DNA of 64,000 nucleotides from an uncultured virus (IMG/VR IMGVR_UViG_3300008262_006132) (Duplodnaviria; Heunggongvirae; Uroviricota; Caudoviricetes), in the IMG/VR virus record IMGVR_UViG_3300008262_006132, positions 62,001-126,000 of that record. One strand, given 5' to 3'. The position numbers and the translations under genes were made by a program. The notes under the pieces are model-generated. The model saw nothing but the letters and a program-made list of their open reading frames with translations. It made no database searches and was not told where the DNA came from. Positions 1-10,078 of the stretch are shown here, piece by piece (position 1 is the stretch's first letter; every line of letters begins with the position of its first letter).

Positions 1-39
1 TTTTGCAACTAAATTTCCATTTTTAATTTCATAAGCCAT
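1..39 (-). CDS. N-terminus of a CDS running off the window (MAYEIKNGNLVAK...)
   Basis: ATG at 39..37, open to the edge, 11 nt downstream of the previous stop. Confidence 0.5.
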   Translation of the reverse strand, partial: MAYEIKNGNLVAK

Positions 40-50
40 AATAAATATAT

Positions 51-530
51 TTATTTATTAAATAGCCCTGTTCCAACTCTAATATTATTACCAGCAACTT
101 TTATCTGTTGAGTTGGTGTGTCCATTACTGTCGGTGGTAGATTAAAGTTTTGTTCAACGTAAGCTTGTCTTGATGGATCAACTTTAGTTGACTTATCTTT
201 ATTAGCAAGTAACTTTTGAGTGTTTTCTACTGCGACTTCTTGTGGTCTTAGTTTTTCTATTTGTTCTATATTCGGATATATTATAGTTGTACCTTCTTTT
301 ATATTCAGTGGATTGCTAATATTATTAACACTTAAAATTATATCAATGTGTTCTAAATTACCATAAATTGAGTTACAAACTAAATCTATTCTCATCTCTT
401 CTCCCTTTTTTACTCTGTATGAATTGTAATTCACACCTTGCCAGGTAGCCTGGAAAGTAACTGTTGTTAGATTAAACAAATTTTCATTTTCTTCGTTTCT
501 TTTAAGTTTATCAATATCAGCTATTTTCAT
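51..530 (-). CDS. Baseplate wedge-like protein (T4 gp53/LysM-like)
   Basis: RIDLVCNSIYG...IILSVNNISNPLNIKEGTTIIYP pattern; adjacent to a LysM virion gene. Confidence 0.6.
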   Translation of the reverse strand: MKIADIDKLKRNEENENLFNLTTVTFQATWQGVNYNSYRVKKGEEMRIDLVCNSIYGNLEHIDIILSVNNISNPLNIKEGTTIIYPNIEQIEKLRPQEVAVENTQKLLANKDKSTKVDPSRQAYVEQNFNLPPTVMDTPTQQIKVAGNNIRVGTGLFNK

Positions 531-532
531 AA

Positions 533-3097
533 TTAAATAAATAATTTATCTCCCGGTTTTATAAAGTCTGGGTCTGATTGTGAATTTGTATTAACTATAC
601 CATCAACTTCAAGTGGATTCTTGTTCTTATTAAGTGAAATAATTCTCTTTGTCTCTGCAAGTATTTCAGAATTTGAAGCGTTTGGTCCAAGTTTATTTCT
701 TGCTATTTTGGAAATACTATCACCAGCTTTAACTGTATATTCATCACCTGGTAGGTTTTCAACTTTTCCAAGAAGAGCCTCTACACTATTAGGATCTGGA
801 TTTATAGATTGACCGTTTGCTGCAATATCATTTCCTATTTTTGTTTGAGTTGCGAGTTCTAATGCTCCTTCTTGTGACAGTACACCTTGGCCGTCTTGCG
901 TCTCCATATTATCTAGAACCTCTGGCGCATAAGGACCAATTAAACCCTCTGTCTCATTAGGTTCGGGAGTTGCGGATGTAGTAGTCGATGCTGTAGTACC
1001 AGGTGTATCTTTACTTGTACTCTCTGGATTTGGCTTTGGTGGGTCTTCAAGGAAATTCCAAAATGATGGTACTTCTTCATGAACTCTGATACTACCGCAG
1101 TTTAATTTTTCCATAATTTCATCAATACCCAGATTTCTTGCACTCTTTAAAGTAAACTCGCATTCTATGTATGATGGTAAATCATTGAAGCTTAGCTGAG
1201 GACCAAGATTTACTTGAACTTCACTACATTCCATATCACCACTTGATAAAATTGGACGAAGAGGATTTCCTATAGTTACGTGCCAAGGTGTAGAAGGAGC
1301 ACCTGTAAGAGCGGATACAATCCCTAATACTCTAACTCTATATTTTTTTACTAATGAGTCTACAAGTCCTTGTACTATTTTATCAACCACTGCAGTTGCT
1401 GCATTTAGTTGGTCTTGTCTTTCTTTTTCGGCTTTTTGATTAGCTTCATCTGCCTTCTTCTTTGCATCATCAACAGCTTGTTGATTTTCAGGATCAACTT
1501 CTTCATCTTTTGCTGGGTTTTCACCATTGAACAGTTTCGTAATTTCTGATTTAATTTGACCCACTACTTTATCTAACTCCTCCTTAAAAGCTTGAACCAA
1601 TTGTTTTATTTTAGCAATAGCACCACCTGGTCTTGAAAACTCATCTAAAAATTTCCCTAAACCGGTAAGATTAGATTTTTTACCTAAATAAAAAACAGCT
1701 TGAGAACCACCAAATGAAAGTATTGTTTGTAAAATCTCATAATAGATAATAGTTGGATCTACTCCAGATATAAACTTTTGCTCCCATGCGCACTTTACTT
1801 TAATATTAAATTTACCTATTAATCCAGATCCAGGAGTATCATCTTTCATCAACTTTCTTTGTCTTGCTTCTTTGATTAAGTTTGGCGTACCAGATGGTAG
1901 AATTTCTGCTGTTGCTGGATCACCTATAACACCAAGTTTTGCCAGAATTTTTCTTTGAAACAGTTCAGTCGCACCTGGTGCTGGTATAAAATCAAGTCCT
2001 CTAGCTAAAATATCACCTAATTTTGCAAACTTCATACCCATATCATCACCAAGTTCATTTAATAAATCTACAAAACTTACACCGGCATCTACCCACTCTT
2101 CTCCAAAATTGAATTCTAAAATATTTGATGCATCATCTATCCAAGTAACTAAAGTGGAAACGGCAGAACCCTTTACTTTATCTGAGTCAGATTCGTAACT
2201 TACAAACGTCAAGTCATCAATTTGTGGTCTATCAAATCTTCTACATACTACTAGTCTATTATTTGGATAAACACCAAAATCTCTACAGTATGCGAAATCT
2301 GCCCATCTTAATTTTAGCGCTGGGTATGATTCTAACTTTTCAATTATGTTATTTGTGCTTATATCATATACTGTGTCATTATGTAGATCTATTAAGAAAT
2401 TTCTTGTCGAAAAAAGTGGATTGTTATCTCTACCATTTTTATAGTCATATCCTTTAGAGTTTATTAGACCTAGAGGTGATGATGTATAGTAGGCATTTAG
2501 TTCTATTGCTTTTTCTTCAGGTCTTTGAACATTTGGATTCTCTAAAGCTCCAGTCTGAGTCGGATCAACTGCGCTATTTAATCCAACACCTTGTTGTAAA
2601 GGAGCAAGAGTTGGTTGAGTTGTTGGCAATAGTCCTGCATCTCTTGAGGCAATTCCAGCAATTGGTTCAGTTGGTGGAATAGCCTCAACAGGTTCTATTA
2701 TACCACCTTCTTCATCTTCTGTAGGTGCGTTCGATGGAGTTGGATCTTCACCTTCTTGGTTTGGGTCTGAATCTCTCGGGTATAGATCTCCTTCTCTATA
2801 CGTTTGACCATCTATTTTATAACCTATTGTCTGACCCTGTTCTCTTGCTTTTGAAATTGCTGCTTGAGTAAGTTCTCCACCACTCACAGGGAATCCAGTT
2901 GATATTTCCCTAGTGGTTCCATCTGGGTCAACTTTAAATCCCATACTACTTAATAAGAATGCCGCACTGTCTACTTTTGCACCCTCATTTAGAACCTCTA
3001 CATTTAAAAAATCATCACCTGACCCGTTCGCTGCAATGTTGATAGTTATTCCTATAACACGGCTATCAACTTGATAATCAAATTTAACTTGAGCCAT
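533..3097 (-). CDS. Putative virion/baseplate protein with C-terminal LysM domain
   Basis: C-terminal YTVKAGDSISKIA...N...DFIKPGDKLFI LysM motif; structural context. Confidence 0.6.
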   Translation of the reverse strand: MAQVKFDYQVDSRVIGITINIAANGSGDDFLNVEVLNEGAKVDSAAFLLSSMGFKVDPDGTTREISTGFPVSGGELTQAAISKAREQGQTIGYKIDGQTYREGDLYPRDSDPNQEGEDPTPSNAPTEDEEGGIIEPVEAIPPTEPIAGIASRDAGLLPTTQPTLAPLQQGVGLNSAVDPTQTGALENPNVQRPEEKAIELNAYYTSSPLGLINSKGYDYKNGRDNNPLFSTRNFLIDLHNDTVYDISTNNIIEKLESYPALKLRWADFAYCRDFGVYPNNRLVVCRRFDRPQIDDLTFVSYESDSDKVKGSAVSTLVTWIDDASNILEFNFGEEWVDAGVSFVDLLNELGDDMGMKFAKLGDILARGLDFIPAPGATELFQRKILAKLGVIGDPATAEILPSGTPNLIKEARQRKLMKDDTPGSGLIGKFNIKVKCAWEQKFISGVDPTIIYYEILQTILSFGGSQAVFYLGKKSNLTGLGKFLDEFSRPGGAIAKIKQLVQAFKEELDKVVGQIKSEITKLFNGENPAKDEEVDPENQQAVDDAKKKADEANQKAEKERQDQLNAATAVVDKIVQGLVDSLVKKYRVRVLGIVSALTGAPSTPWHVTIGNPLRPILSSGDMECSEVQVNLGPQLSFNDLPSYIECEFTLKSARNLGIDEIMEKLNCGSIRVHEEVPSFWNFLEDPPKPNPESTSKDTPGTTASTTTSATPEPNETEGLIGPYAPEVLDNMETQDGQGVLSQEGALELATQTKIGNDIAANGQSINPDPNSVEALLGKVENLPGDEYTVKAGDSISKIARNKLGPNASNSEILAETKRIISLNKNKNPLEVDGIVNTNSQSDPDFIKPGDKLFI

Positions 3098-3153
3098 TCT
3101 TTAACAAAATATAATTTTTTTATATATTAACAAGAGTAAAATCTCTTACCTCA

Positions 3154-3570
3154 TCAATAATCTCTAATAATTTGGCTATTTGAAAATTTAGATAAATTTG
3201 AAAGAACGTCTTCTATAACATCTTGATTTTTTCTAAATTCGTTATAAAAGATTAAAACATTAAAGTCATTGGTACCAAGTATCTTCTTTAAGTTTAAGAG
3301 CTTCTCGATAGAAAACTCGTTGTCAAAGTCTGGTATGTAATAGATATCTTTTTTACGATCAATTGCCTGTTGAATTTTATTGAAAATTAAAATTTTTAAA
3401 TAAGTTCTATCATCTTTGAAGTTGACCTCTTCTTCTTCCATTATTTTTTTAATATCAATAATGTACTTATTCTTAATTTTATTAACCTTTATAAACTTGT
3501 CGAATTTTTTTCGCACCTTACAGTAGACACAAAAAAAACTCATTTTATCTTGATTTTCTGAACTTGTCAT
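3154..3570 (-). CDS. Hypothetical protein
   Basis: 138-aa ORF; TATATA motif upstream. Confidence 0.6.
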   Translation of the reverse strand: MTSSENQDKMSFFCVYCKVRKKFDKFIKVNKIKNKYIIDIKKIMEEEEVNFKDDRTYLKILIFNKIQQAIDRKKDIYYIPDFDNEFSIEKLLNLKKILGTNDFNVLIFYNEFRKNQDVIEDVLSNLSKFSNSQIIRDY

Positions 3571-3699
3571 TACATATTGACCTTACTTTTTAGTGGGTTA
3601 ATAACACTTAAATTTTCAATATTTTTGTCTTGATATATATTCCCTCAACTTACCTCTCTACATTATGTTTATTGAGATAGAATTTTTAATATATAATTT

Positions 3700-5079
3700 A
3701 TGAGGAAATATTCAGAAAAATTCCTAGACAAATACAGCTTTTTGAAAAATGCTATCATAGGACTTGAATTTGAGTTTTATATGAAAGACCTCTCTTTCTA
3801 TAAGACAATGGAAATGTTAAATAAAGAATTAGACCCTGTGAAGGTTCATGGATTTAGACAGTACCACTCTAATTTTACACCAGATAAAAACAATTTTAAA
3901 TTTGAACCAGACCTTTCAGGTGGTTCTAACATGGTTGAATTAGTTACTGGTCCACTTGAATATACTGACGCTAAATATTATCTAATAAAAATATTAAATT
4001 TTATTCAAAATTATGGATATACTAATGATAGATCTTCAATACATTTTAATTTATCTTTCTCTGACTCTGATAAGAATCTAAATGATTTGAACATCTTAAA
4101 ACTTATTTTGAATGTAGATGAAGAAGAAATCTATAGGTTTTTTCCATCTAGAAAGAATAATATTTACGCAAAATCTATCAAGAATATTATACCATATAAA
4201 GAGTATGACTTTTTTAATATTCCTATTGATGCTGTAAAAAACAATCTGATTCTTCCTGATAACAAATATTTCGGTATTAACTTTCTACATATAAATAATG
4301 ACAAAGAATCTCAAAGGTTAGAGTATAGATATTTAGGTGGTAAAGATTATCACTTAAATACTGGAAATATCCTATACTTTCTTGATAGATTTATACTTGA
4401 TACCTATAACTCTATTGATGTCGGTTTTGATCACAGTGATTCTGAAAAACTTGAATCATATCTTGAGAGTAATATCTCTAAATTTAAAAGCTTTTCGAAA
4501 TACGATAACTTCCTTGTTGAATATCCTTCTATACAAATTCAAATTGATCAAAATCATATGTATGAACTTGTGAGTTCATATTTTTCAAAAATATTTGATA
4601 GACTGTATGACCTAATAGAATGTACAGATGATTTAAAAGATTGTATTATAAACTATATAACATCAACTCAAAAGATAGAAGTTGTTGATGCTAAAGTGAA
4701 GTCACTTCTAAGTATAAGTAATTTTGAGTTCGTTAACTGCACAATTATGGATGGCATTTATGAAAACTGTAATTTCTATGGATGTGAAATAAATGAGTCA
4801 CAGATTTCTACTTCGAGAATTGACTCAAGTGATGTGAATAGATCAAAGGTTTTAAGCTGTAGAGTTGATAACACAAATCTCACTGACTGTTTCTTTATGA
4901 ACGGGTTCTTAAATGGAGATATGAAAGGTGGTATTTATCGTAGTGGTGAACTTGGCCCATACGCTTCTATTTCACCAGAAACTAAGTTAGTCGGAACTGA
5001 AGATAATTTCTTTAATACTAAATTTGATTCTGAAAAGACTGGTGACCATAAAGGTGACATAAAAGCATTTAAGAAATGA
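3700..5079 (+). CDS. Putative amidoligase (COOH-NH2 ligase-type) with C-terminal beta-helix-like repeats
   Basis: IGLEFEF, EPDLSG, VELVT, SIHFNLS, KYFGINF, LEYRYLGG motifs. Confidence 0.7.
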   Translation: MRKYSEKFLDKYSFLKNAIIGLEFEFYMKDLSFYKTMEMLNKELDPVKVHGFRQYHSNFTPDKNNFKFEPDLSGGSNMVELVTGPLEYTDAKYYLIKILNFIQNYGYTNDRSSIHFNLSFSDSDKNLNDLNILKLILNVDEEEIYRFFPSRKNNIYAKSIKNIIPYKEYDFFNIPIDAVKNNLILPDNKYFGINFLHINNDKESQRLEYRYLGGKDYHLNTGNILYFLDRFILDTYNSIDVGFDHSDSEKLESYLESNISKFKSFSKYDNFLVEYPSIQIQIDQNHMYELVSSYFSKIFDRLYDLIECTDDLKDCIINYITSTQKIEVVDAKVKSLLSISNFEFVNCTIMDGIYENCNFYGCEINESQISTSRIDSSDVNRSKVLSCRVDNTNLTDCFFMNGFLNGDMKGGIYRSGELGPYASISPETKLVGTEDNFFNTKFDSEKTGDHKGDIKAFKK

Positions 5080-5456
5080 AATATCTAAAATATTTTGAAA
5101 ATAATCCTGGAATATTCAATATTGAAATAGAGGATATTCAAGAGATATTCAGTGACTTCATAGACGATTTTCAAGTTACAGTGGTCTTTGGAAAAAAACT
5201 ACATCAGTTCAATATTGTTGATACTAAAATTACTGACCAAGATATAAAGTTGGGATTCAAGTATTACTCACAAGTTAGACTAATACCTCTCGTTAAAAAA
5301 ACTCCATATGAACTATCTGGATACATTAACTCTGATGAATTTCTAGAAAGACAGTCTGAAGTTGTATCTAAATTAGACTATTATGATTTAGAATTACATA
5401 AGGTTTTCATAGAGAGCACTCCTAGTTCAATATTATTTTTAATATATAGTAAATAA
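5076..5456 (+). CDS. Hypothetical protein with MKYLKYFE N-terminal tag
   Basis: ATGA overlap with the upstream gene. Confidence 0.7.
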   Translation: MKYLKYFENNPGIFNIEIEDIQEIFSDFIDDFQVTVVFGKKLHQFNIVDTKITDQDIKLGFKYYSQVRLIPLVKKTPYELSGYINSDEFLERQSEVVSKLDYYDLELHKVFIESTPSSILFLIYSK

Positions 5457-5472
5457 AACAAAAACTAAAGAT

Positions 5473-7332
5473 ATGAAGAAATTTCAATCATTTGTAAATG
5501 AAGAAGTCGGTATAAGAAATATTAAGAAGATAATAGGACCTATGAAAACCGCTGAAATTTATTTCCACAAAGACCTAGATGGTGTGACGTCAGCACTTGC
5601 TATGAAATATTTCTTAGAAACTTACTATCAGGTTAAAATAGTAGATGCCCACCAAATTCAATATGGTGGAATGGAGTTCGCTATTAAAAATCACAAAGAA
5701 GGTAATCTTTGCGTGTTAGTTGATTTTGCTCACGGAAAACCAATGTTTCATATACAATCTGACCATCATGATAGTCAAATTGGAGCTGAAGATACAAAGG
5801 GAACTTATTTTAAACCAGCTAGGTCAAATGTAGAGATTATATCCTCAGAAATTTCTTACTCAGATGCTTTTACTCCTGGAGATATTGAACTTATTAAAAC
5901 AGTAGATTCTGCTGATTTTTTCAGACAAGGAATAACTACACAAGATGTTAGAAATTCTATTTTCCAAATAAAAACCGAAGATTCTGGACAGAAAAATAGA
6001 TTTATGATGGGATTTGTAGTTAATAGACTTCTTTTAGCCTACAAAAATAAAAGAATCTCTGTTAGAAGTATGGATGGAAAAAGAGACCACATTAATAAAA
6101 ACATATTAGAATGCATGGTCTTAGATTGTAATCCTTCACTTATTTCGATGTTCACTAATTTAAAACATTATATAAACACCGCTCGTGTTTCTGATAAGTC
6201 TGGTGTGTTAGCAAAACCAGAAGAGTTGACTAAGAATATTGACAACTATATTCAAAAGATGAGAGATTATAGATTTATAGAAGATCCAGATACCGGTGAA
6301 GTCACTGAATATGATCCTCAAAGTAGAAAACATCAGTTTTTAATGAGCCAAAAAGGAGCTAAAGTTGGAAAAGGTGTACACTACGATGATAAAGATAAAA
6401 TTATAATTCAATATGGTGGTGGGTCGATGATCAAGCCAGGGTCTTATGATAGGTATGTTCCTTTTAATAATTTCCCAGAAGCTAATTTTATCTGTATGGT
6501 TTGGCCACTAGGTCTGATACAAGTTAGTTGTAATCCGTTCAAAGAGAAAAAATTAAAAGATATAGATCTTGGTAAAATTGCAAAAGAGGTTTTATCTACA
6601 CACGAACCTGTATTGAGTAAAATTCTTATTTCTCTAGATTGTTTAAAGAAAGAATTTGAAACTTCACAAGATTGGAAGAAAATGCAAAAAGAAGAAGGTC
6701 CGGATTATCAAGGTGTAGGATTTAGATATACAGACCTTTTAGCATTTTATGGTGATAACTCAAAGGGTGGTAATTGTATAGTAGAAAAGGTAGATAGTTC
6801 TTATGAAAAAGTATCAGATGAAAGACTAGTAGATGTTAAAGATTCTATGAATTCAGTTTATGATAAATTATCTCAAGATGATTTTTCAAATCTGCAAAGC
6901 TTTTATATTTCTGTTTTTGACTTGATCAAAAGAAATTCAGGTGGTCACCCATCAATTACTAATCTTCAAGGATGGGGATTTTTAAAATACAACAGTGAGG
7001 CTATGAAAATAGCTTACGGTGCCGAAAAGTATACTGACGTAATGAAAAAGGTGGCTCGTGAGTTTGTTGATAATTTAAAAGATAAAATAGACCTATATGA
7101 ACAAGGTAAGTCTATTGAATATTCGACAAAGGACATTGAGTTTACAGGTCAAGACATAAATGAAAATTATGAATTTGAGATATTACACAGTGATGGTAAA
7201 ACATCTAAAGTGAGTAAAGATGAATTTGTAAATGCTGGATTTGGCAAAGCAATGAGACCTGAGAGGTTATCTATAGATGATAAAAATAAAAAAATTATTG
7301 CTAAATTTGAAAGTTTTAAAAATAAAAAGTAA
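5473..7332 (+). CDS. DHH-family phosphoesterase
   Basis: HKDLDG, VDF, SDHH and late SGGHP motifs. Confidence 0.75.
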   Translation: MKKFQSFVNEEVGIRNIKKIIGPMKTAEIYFHKDLDGVTSALAMKYFLETYYQVKIVDAHQIQYGGMEFAIKNHKEGNLCVLVDFAHGKPMFHIQSDHHDSQIGAEDTKGTYFKPARSNVEIISSEISYSDAFTPGDIELIKTVDSADFFRQGITTQDVRNSIFQIKTEDSGQKNRFMMGFVVNRLLLAYKNKRISVRSMDGKRDHINKNILECMVLDCNPSLISMFTNLKHYINTARVSDKSGVLAKPEELTKNIDNYIQKMRDYRFIEDPDTGEVTEYDPQSRKHQFLMSQKGAKVGKGVHYDDKDKIIIQYGGGSMIKPGSYDRYVPFNNFPEANFICMVWPLGLIQVSCNPFKEKKLKDIDLGKIAKEVLSTHEPVLSKILISLDCLKKEFETSQDWKKMQKEEGPDYQGVGFRYTDLLAFYGDNSKGGNCIVEKVDSSYEKVSDERLVDVKDSMNSVYDKLSQDDFSNLQSFYISVFDLIKRNSGGHPSITNLQGWGFLKYNSEAMKIAYGAEKYTDVMKKVAREFVDNLKDKIDLYEQGKSIEYSTKDIEFTGQDINENYEFEILHSDGKTSKVSKDEFVNAGFGKAMRPERLSIDDKNKKIIAKFESFKNKK

Positions 7333-7355
7333 ATATTTTTCATATATTTGCAATT

Positions 7356-8192
7356 ATGATTATAACTCTCGAAACAATAAAGCATAATTTACAAGTTTTA
7401 GAAGAAGTAAAAAAGGAATTTCCACTTCTACAAGATTATATAGATGGGAAAGTTTTTCCAGAAACGGTAAACAATATAGGTCTTGACCAAATTGTTAGTT
7501 TCATAAATTTCATTAAGGAAAATGAAAAAAATGGAATTCAATTAGTCAATGAATCAAAAATTACCTATCGAGAAGTCAAGAAAAAAGTAGCTGAAATGAG
7601 CTACAATCAAAAATCTAAAGGAATCTTCTTAAAGAAAAAAGAAGAAGATTTCATAAAAGTATTTCAAGACCTCAAAGTGAATCGAAGATACACAAGATCA
7701 AATAATCAGTCTTATTGTCCGGGCTTAGAAAAAACAGAGGCTCTTATACTCAATTATTTTGCTCAGAATTCAATATCAGTAGACTCCTCATTTTTTAGAA
7801 ATAGTTTCTATTTTACAAAAATACAAAAACCTCAGTATTTCTCTCGTGAACTTAGAATGACTCGAGATCTTATTGATCAATTTATTAATTTTGCAAAAAC
7901 ACAAGACTTTGATTTTAGAAAATGTAATATAAAGTCTTTAATTAGTGAGATTAATAGTAGATTAAGACCTATGATGAAAATTGATTCTGAATTAATTGTT
8001 AGGTCTATACGTGAGCAGAAAAACTTTACTTTAGATAATATTTATAAAGTAATCGAAAGTAGGGTAAATTATTACGGATTCGTAGAAATAAAAGTTGAAG
8101 ATGATAAGGGTGTTATCTCTTATGTACCCTATTCAAATTTTGAAGAAGTATCAAGACAAAGAGATGAACTCTTTAAAGAATTAGGTTTATAG
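7356..8192 (+). CDS. Hypothetical protein
   Basis: 278-aa ORF ending SRQRDELFKELGL. Confidence 0.7.
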   Translation: MIITLETIKHNLQVLEEVKKEFPLLQDYIDGKVFPETVNNIGLDQIVSFINFIKENEKNGIQLVNESKITYREVKKKVAEMSYNQKSKGIFLKKKEEDFIKVFQDLKVNRRYTRSNNQSYCPGLEKTEALILNYFAQNSISVDSSFFRNSFYFTKIQKPQYFSRELRMTRDLIDQFINFAKTQDFDFRKCNIKSLISEINSRLRPMMKIDSELIVRSIREQKNFTLDNIYKVIESRVNYYGFVEIKVEDDKGVISYVPYSNFEEVSRQRDELFKELGL

Positions 8193-8193
8193 A

Positions 8194-8802
8194 ATGCCAG
8201 GAACTACAGAAATATTAGGAGCTCTTAAACTCTATCCATCAAAATTAAAATCAATTTATTGTTTTGGCAGCAGAGTATATGGTACGCACAATGAGAAATC
8301 AGATTGGGATTACGTCATTATCGCAAACACACCAGACACAAATAAAGAGATAAATTATTGGAGTTTAGTTAGTAAAACAACTCTGAATATGCATATTATG
8401 ACCTCTGATCATTTCTTACAACACCTAAATGAATATCGATCTTTTGCTATTGAGTGTTTTTTCGCACCTCAAGAATTTAGATTATTCGAGTCTGTTAGAT
8501 TTAACTGGACACCAAAGAGAAGATCACTTGTTCACTCTTTTACACATATATCAAATATGGCATGGGATTCTAGTATAAAAAAATTTGAAGAAAACTATTA
8601 CTCATCAATTAAATGTGTTTTTCACAGTATAAGAGTGCCACTTTTCGCAAAACAAATTCTACAACACGGTACAATAGTTGACTTTAAAGAAGCGAACTAT
8701 ATCTATGAAAAACTACAATCTAAGAATTGGACTCTTGATGAATTAGATAGTGAGTTTAGTAAAATAAGACAAGAATCTATTGAGAATCTTAGAAAACCTT
8801 AA
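8194..8802 (+). CDS. Pol-beta superfamily nucleotidyltransferase
   Basis: FGSRVYGTHNEKSDWDY = GS-x-DxD motif. Confidence 0.75.
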   Translation: MPGTTEILGALKLYPSKLKSIYCFGSRVYGTHNEKSDWDYVIIANTPDTNKEINYWSLVSKTTLNMHIMTSDHFLQHLNEYRSFAIECFFAPQEFRLFESVRFNWTPKRRSLVHSFTHISNMAWDSSIKKFEENYYSSIKCVFHSIRVPLFAKQILQHGTIVDFKEANYIYEKLQSKNWTLDELDSEFSKIRQESIENLRKP

Positions 8803-9368
8803 AAATTCTCTGTTAATTCTTCTACTCTTTTCTTATACTTTTCTGCCATTTTAGAAATCAACTCATGATTATATTCAGTGTCGGCCAAAAGTGACTCACA
8901 TGCTTTCAATCTTAAAAATGCATTACCGACAGTGTTTATTTTATCTGCTGACTTTTCAGTTTGTTCAATCAACAAATCAGCATCTTCACTATACTTTGAA
9001 TAAAGAGACTTTACGATCTTTTTATGTCTGTATAAACCCTCTGGTTGAGAATTTATAGACTCAATTTTTTCGTCTAAAACTTTCCAGTCAGTAATCTTAG
9101 ATTTAAGTGATTCTAATAATTTTACCTTTTCTTTATTTGACTTTGAATCTAATAGGTCCATAAGTGCCTCGACAAATAACTCTTTACCTGCAACTTTCAT
9201 TGTACCAGCTACATGATATCTAGTAATTGGTCCATACATCTGAACTCTTAAAAGATCATCTAAGAGTGACATAACTTTAGATTTGAAGATATCACTTTCA
9301 GTTATTTTCTTTTCAATTTTTGGCTCTTCTGCCACTTTTTGTCCGGTAATATTTGAGAATTTTTTCAT
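8799..9368 (-). CDS. Hypothetical protein
   Basis: 189-aa ORF, AATATATA just upstream. Confidence 0.7.
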   Translation of the reverse strand: MKKFSNITGQKVAEEPKIEKKITESDIFKSKVMSLLDDLLRVQMYGPITRYHVAGTMKVAGKELFVEALMDLLDSKSNKEKVKLLESLKSKITDWKVLDEKIESINSQPEGLYRHKKIVKSLYSKYSEDADLLIEQTEKSADKINTVGNAFLRLKACESLLADTEYNHELISKMAEKYKKRVEELTENF

Positions 9369-9411
9369 ACACTTATATATTAATTAGAAAAGTTCAGTAT
9401 TCATTGTATAC

Positions 9412-9440
9412 AAAAAAAGTCAGATGTTACTCTGACTTTT
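9412..9440. terminator. Intrinsic terminator-like hairpin
   Basis: aaaagtcaga-tgttac-tctgactttt inverted repeat downstream of the 9463..9678 gene. Confidence 0.6.
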
Positions 9441-9462
9441 CTAGTTATTTTTTATTCATTAA

Positions 9463-9678
9463 TTAAAGAGTTTGTCTATATGTCTGAACATCATCTCTGA
9501 TTTCTTGAGACTTCTTTTTAATCTCTTGCATAAACTTTCTAACTCTAGTAGCGGCTGTTTTGTTACCTTTTACGAAGAATTTTTCAAACTCTTCTTTTAA
9601 AAGATACTTTTTGCCGTCAATTTCAACTTCTTCTGTCAATAACTTTAACAGTTGATCATACTTGTCTGTGTACTCCAT
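9463..9678 (-). CDS. Histone H1-like (Hc1-family) small DNA-binding protein
   Basis: EKFFVKGNKTAATRVRK...IKKKSQEIR motif. Confidence 0.7.
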   Translation of the reverse strand: MEYTDKYDQLLKLLTEEVEIDGKKYLLKEEFEKFFVKGNKTAATRVRKFMQEIKKKSQEIRDDVQTYRQTL

Positions 9679-9759
9679 AGTTTTATTTTATTTTTTCCTT
9701 TAAACCAACCTAACTAAATAGTTGTCGATTTCATGTATATATTAAAATAAAAAAATCAC

Positions 9760-10077
9760 TTATTGAGTTTTGCCAAAAATTCTCTCCTTTACAGAGAGTT
9801 TTCTAGGTTTTTTCAGTTCAAGTATTTCTGATTCCAACAGTCTTCTTTGATCTTCGGAGCTTTGAACTTTCAAGGTTAAATTATCAACAGAAGATTGTAA
9901 ATTTTTTATTAACGGTTCAGAGTTAGTTTTATATAGTTGATGTTTACCATGAAGAATTTTATAAAAATTTCTGAATTTCATAATCAAGTATTTATAGTCA
10001 TCTGGTCTGAAATTCTCAATCAAGTCAGATGTCATTAAAAATTCTAATATTTCCTCATCGGTCAACTCTGATATCAT
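9760..10077 (-). CDS. Hypothetical coiled-coil protein
   Basis: 105-aa ORF coupled to the AAA gene. Confidence 0.65.
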   Translation of the reverse strand: MISELTDEEILEFLMTSDLIENFRPDDYKYLIMKFRNFYKILHGKHQLYKTNSEPLIKNLQSSVDNLTLKVQSSEDQRRLLESEILELKKPRKLSVKERIFGKTQ

Positions 10078-10078
10078 A

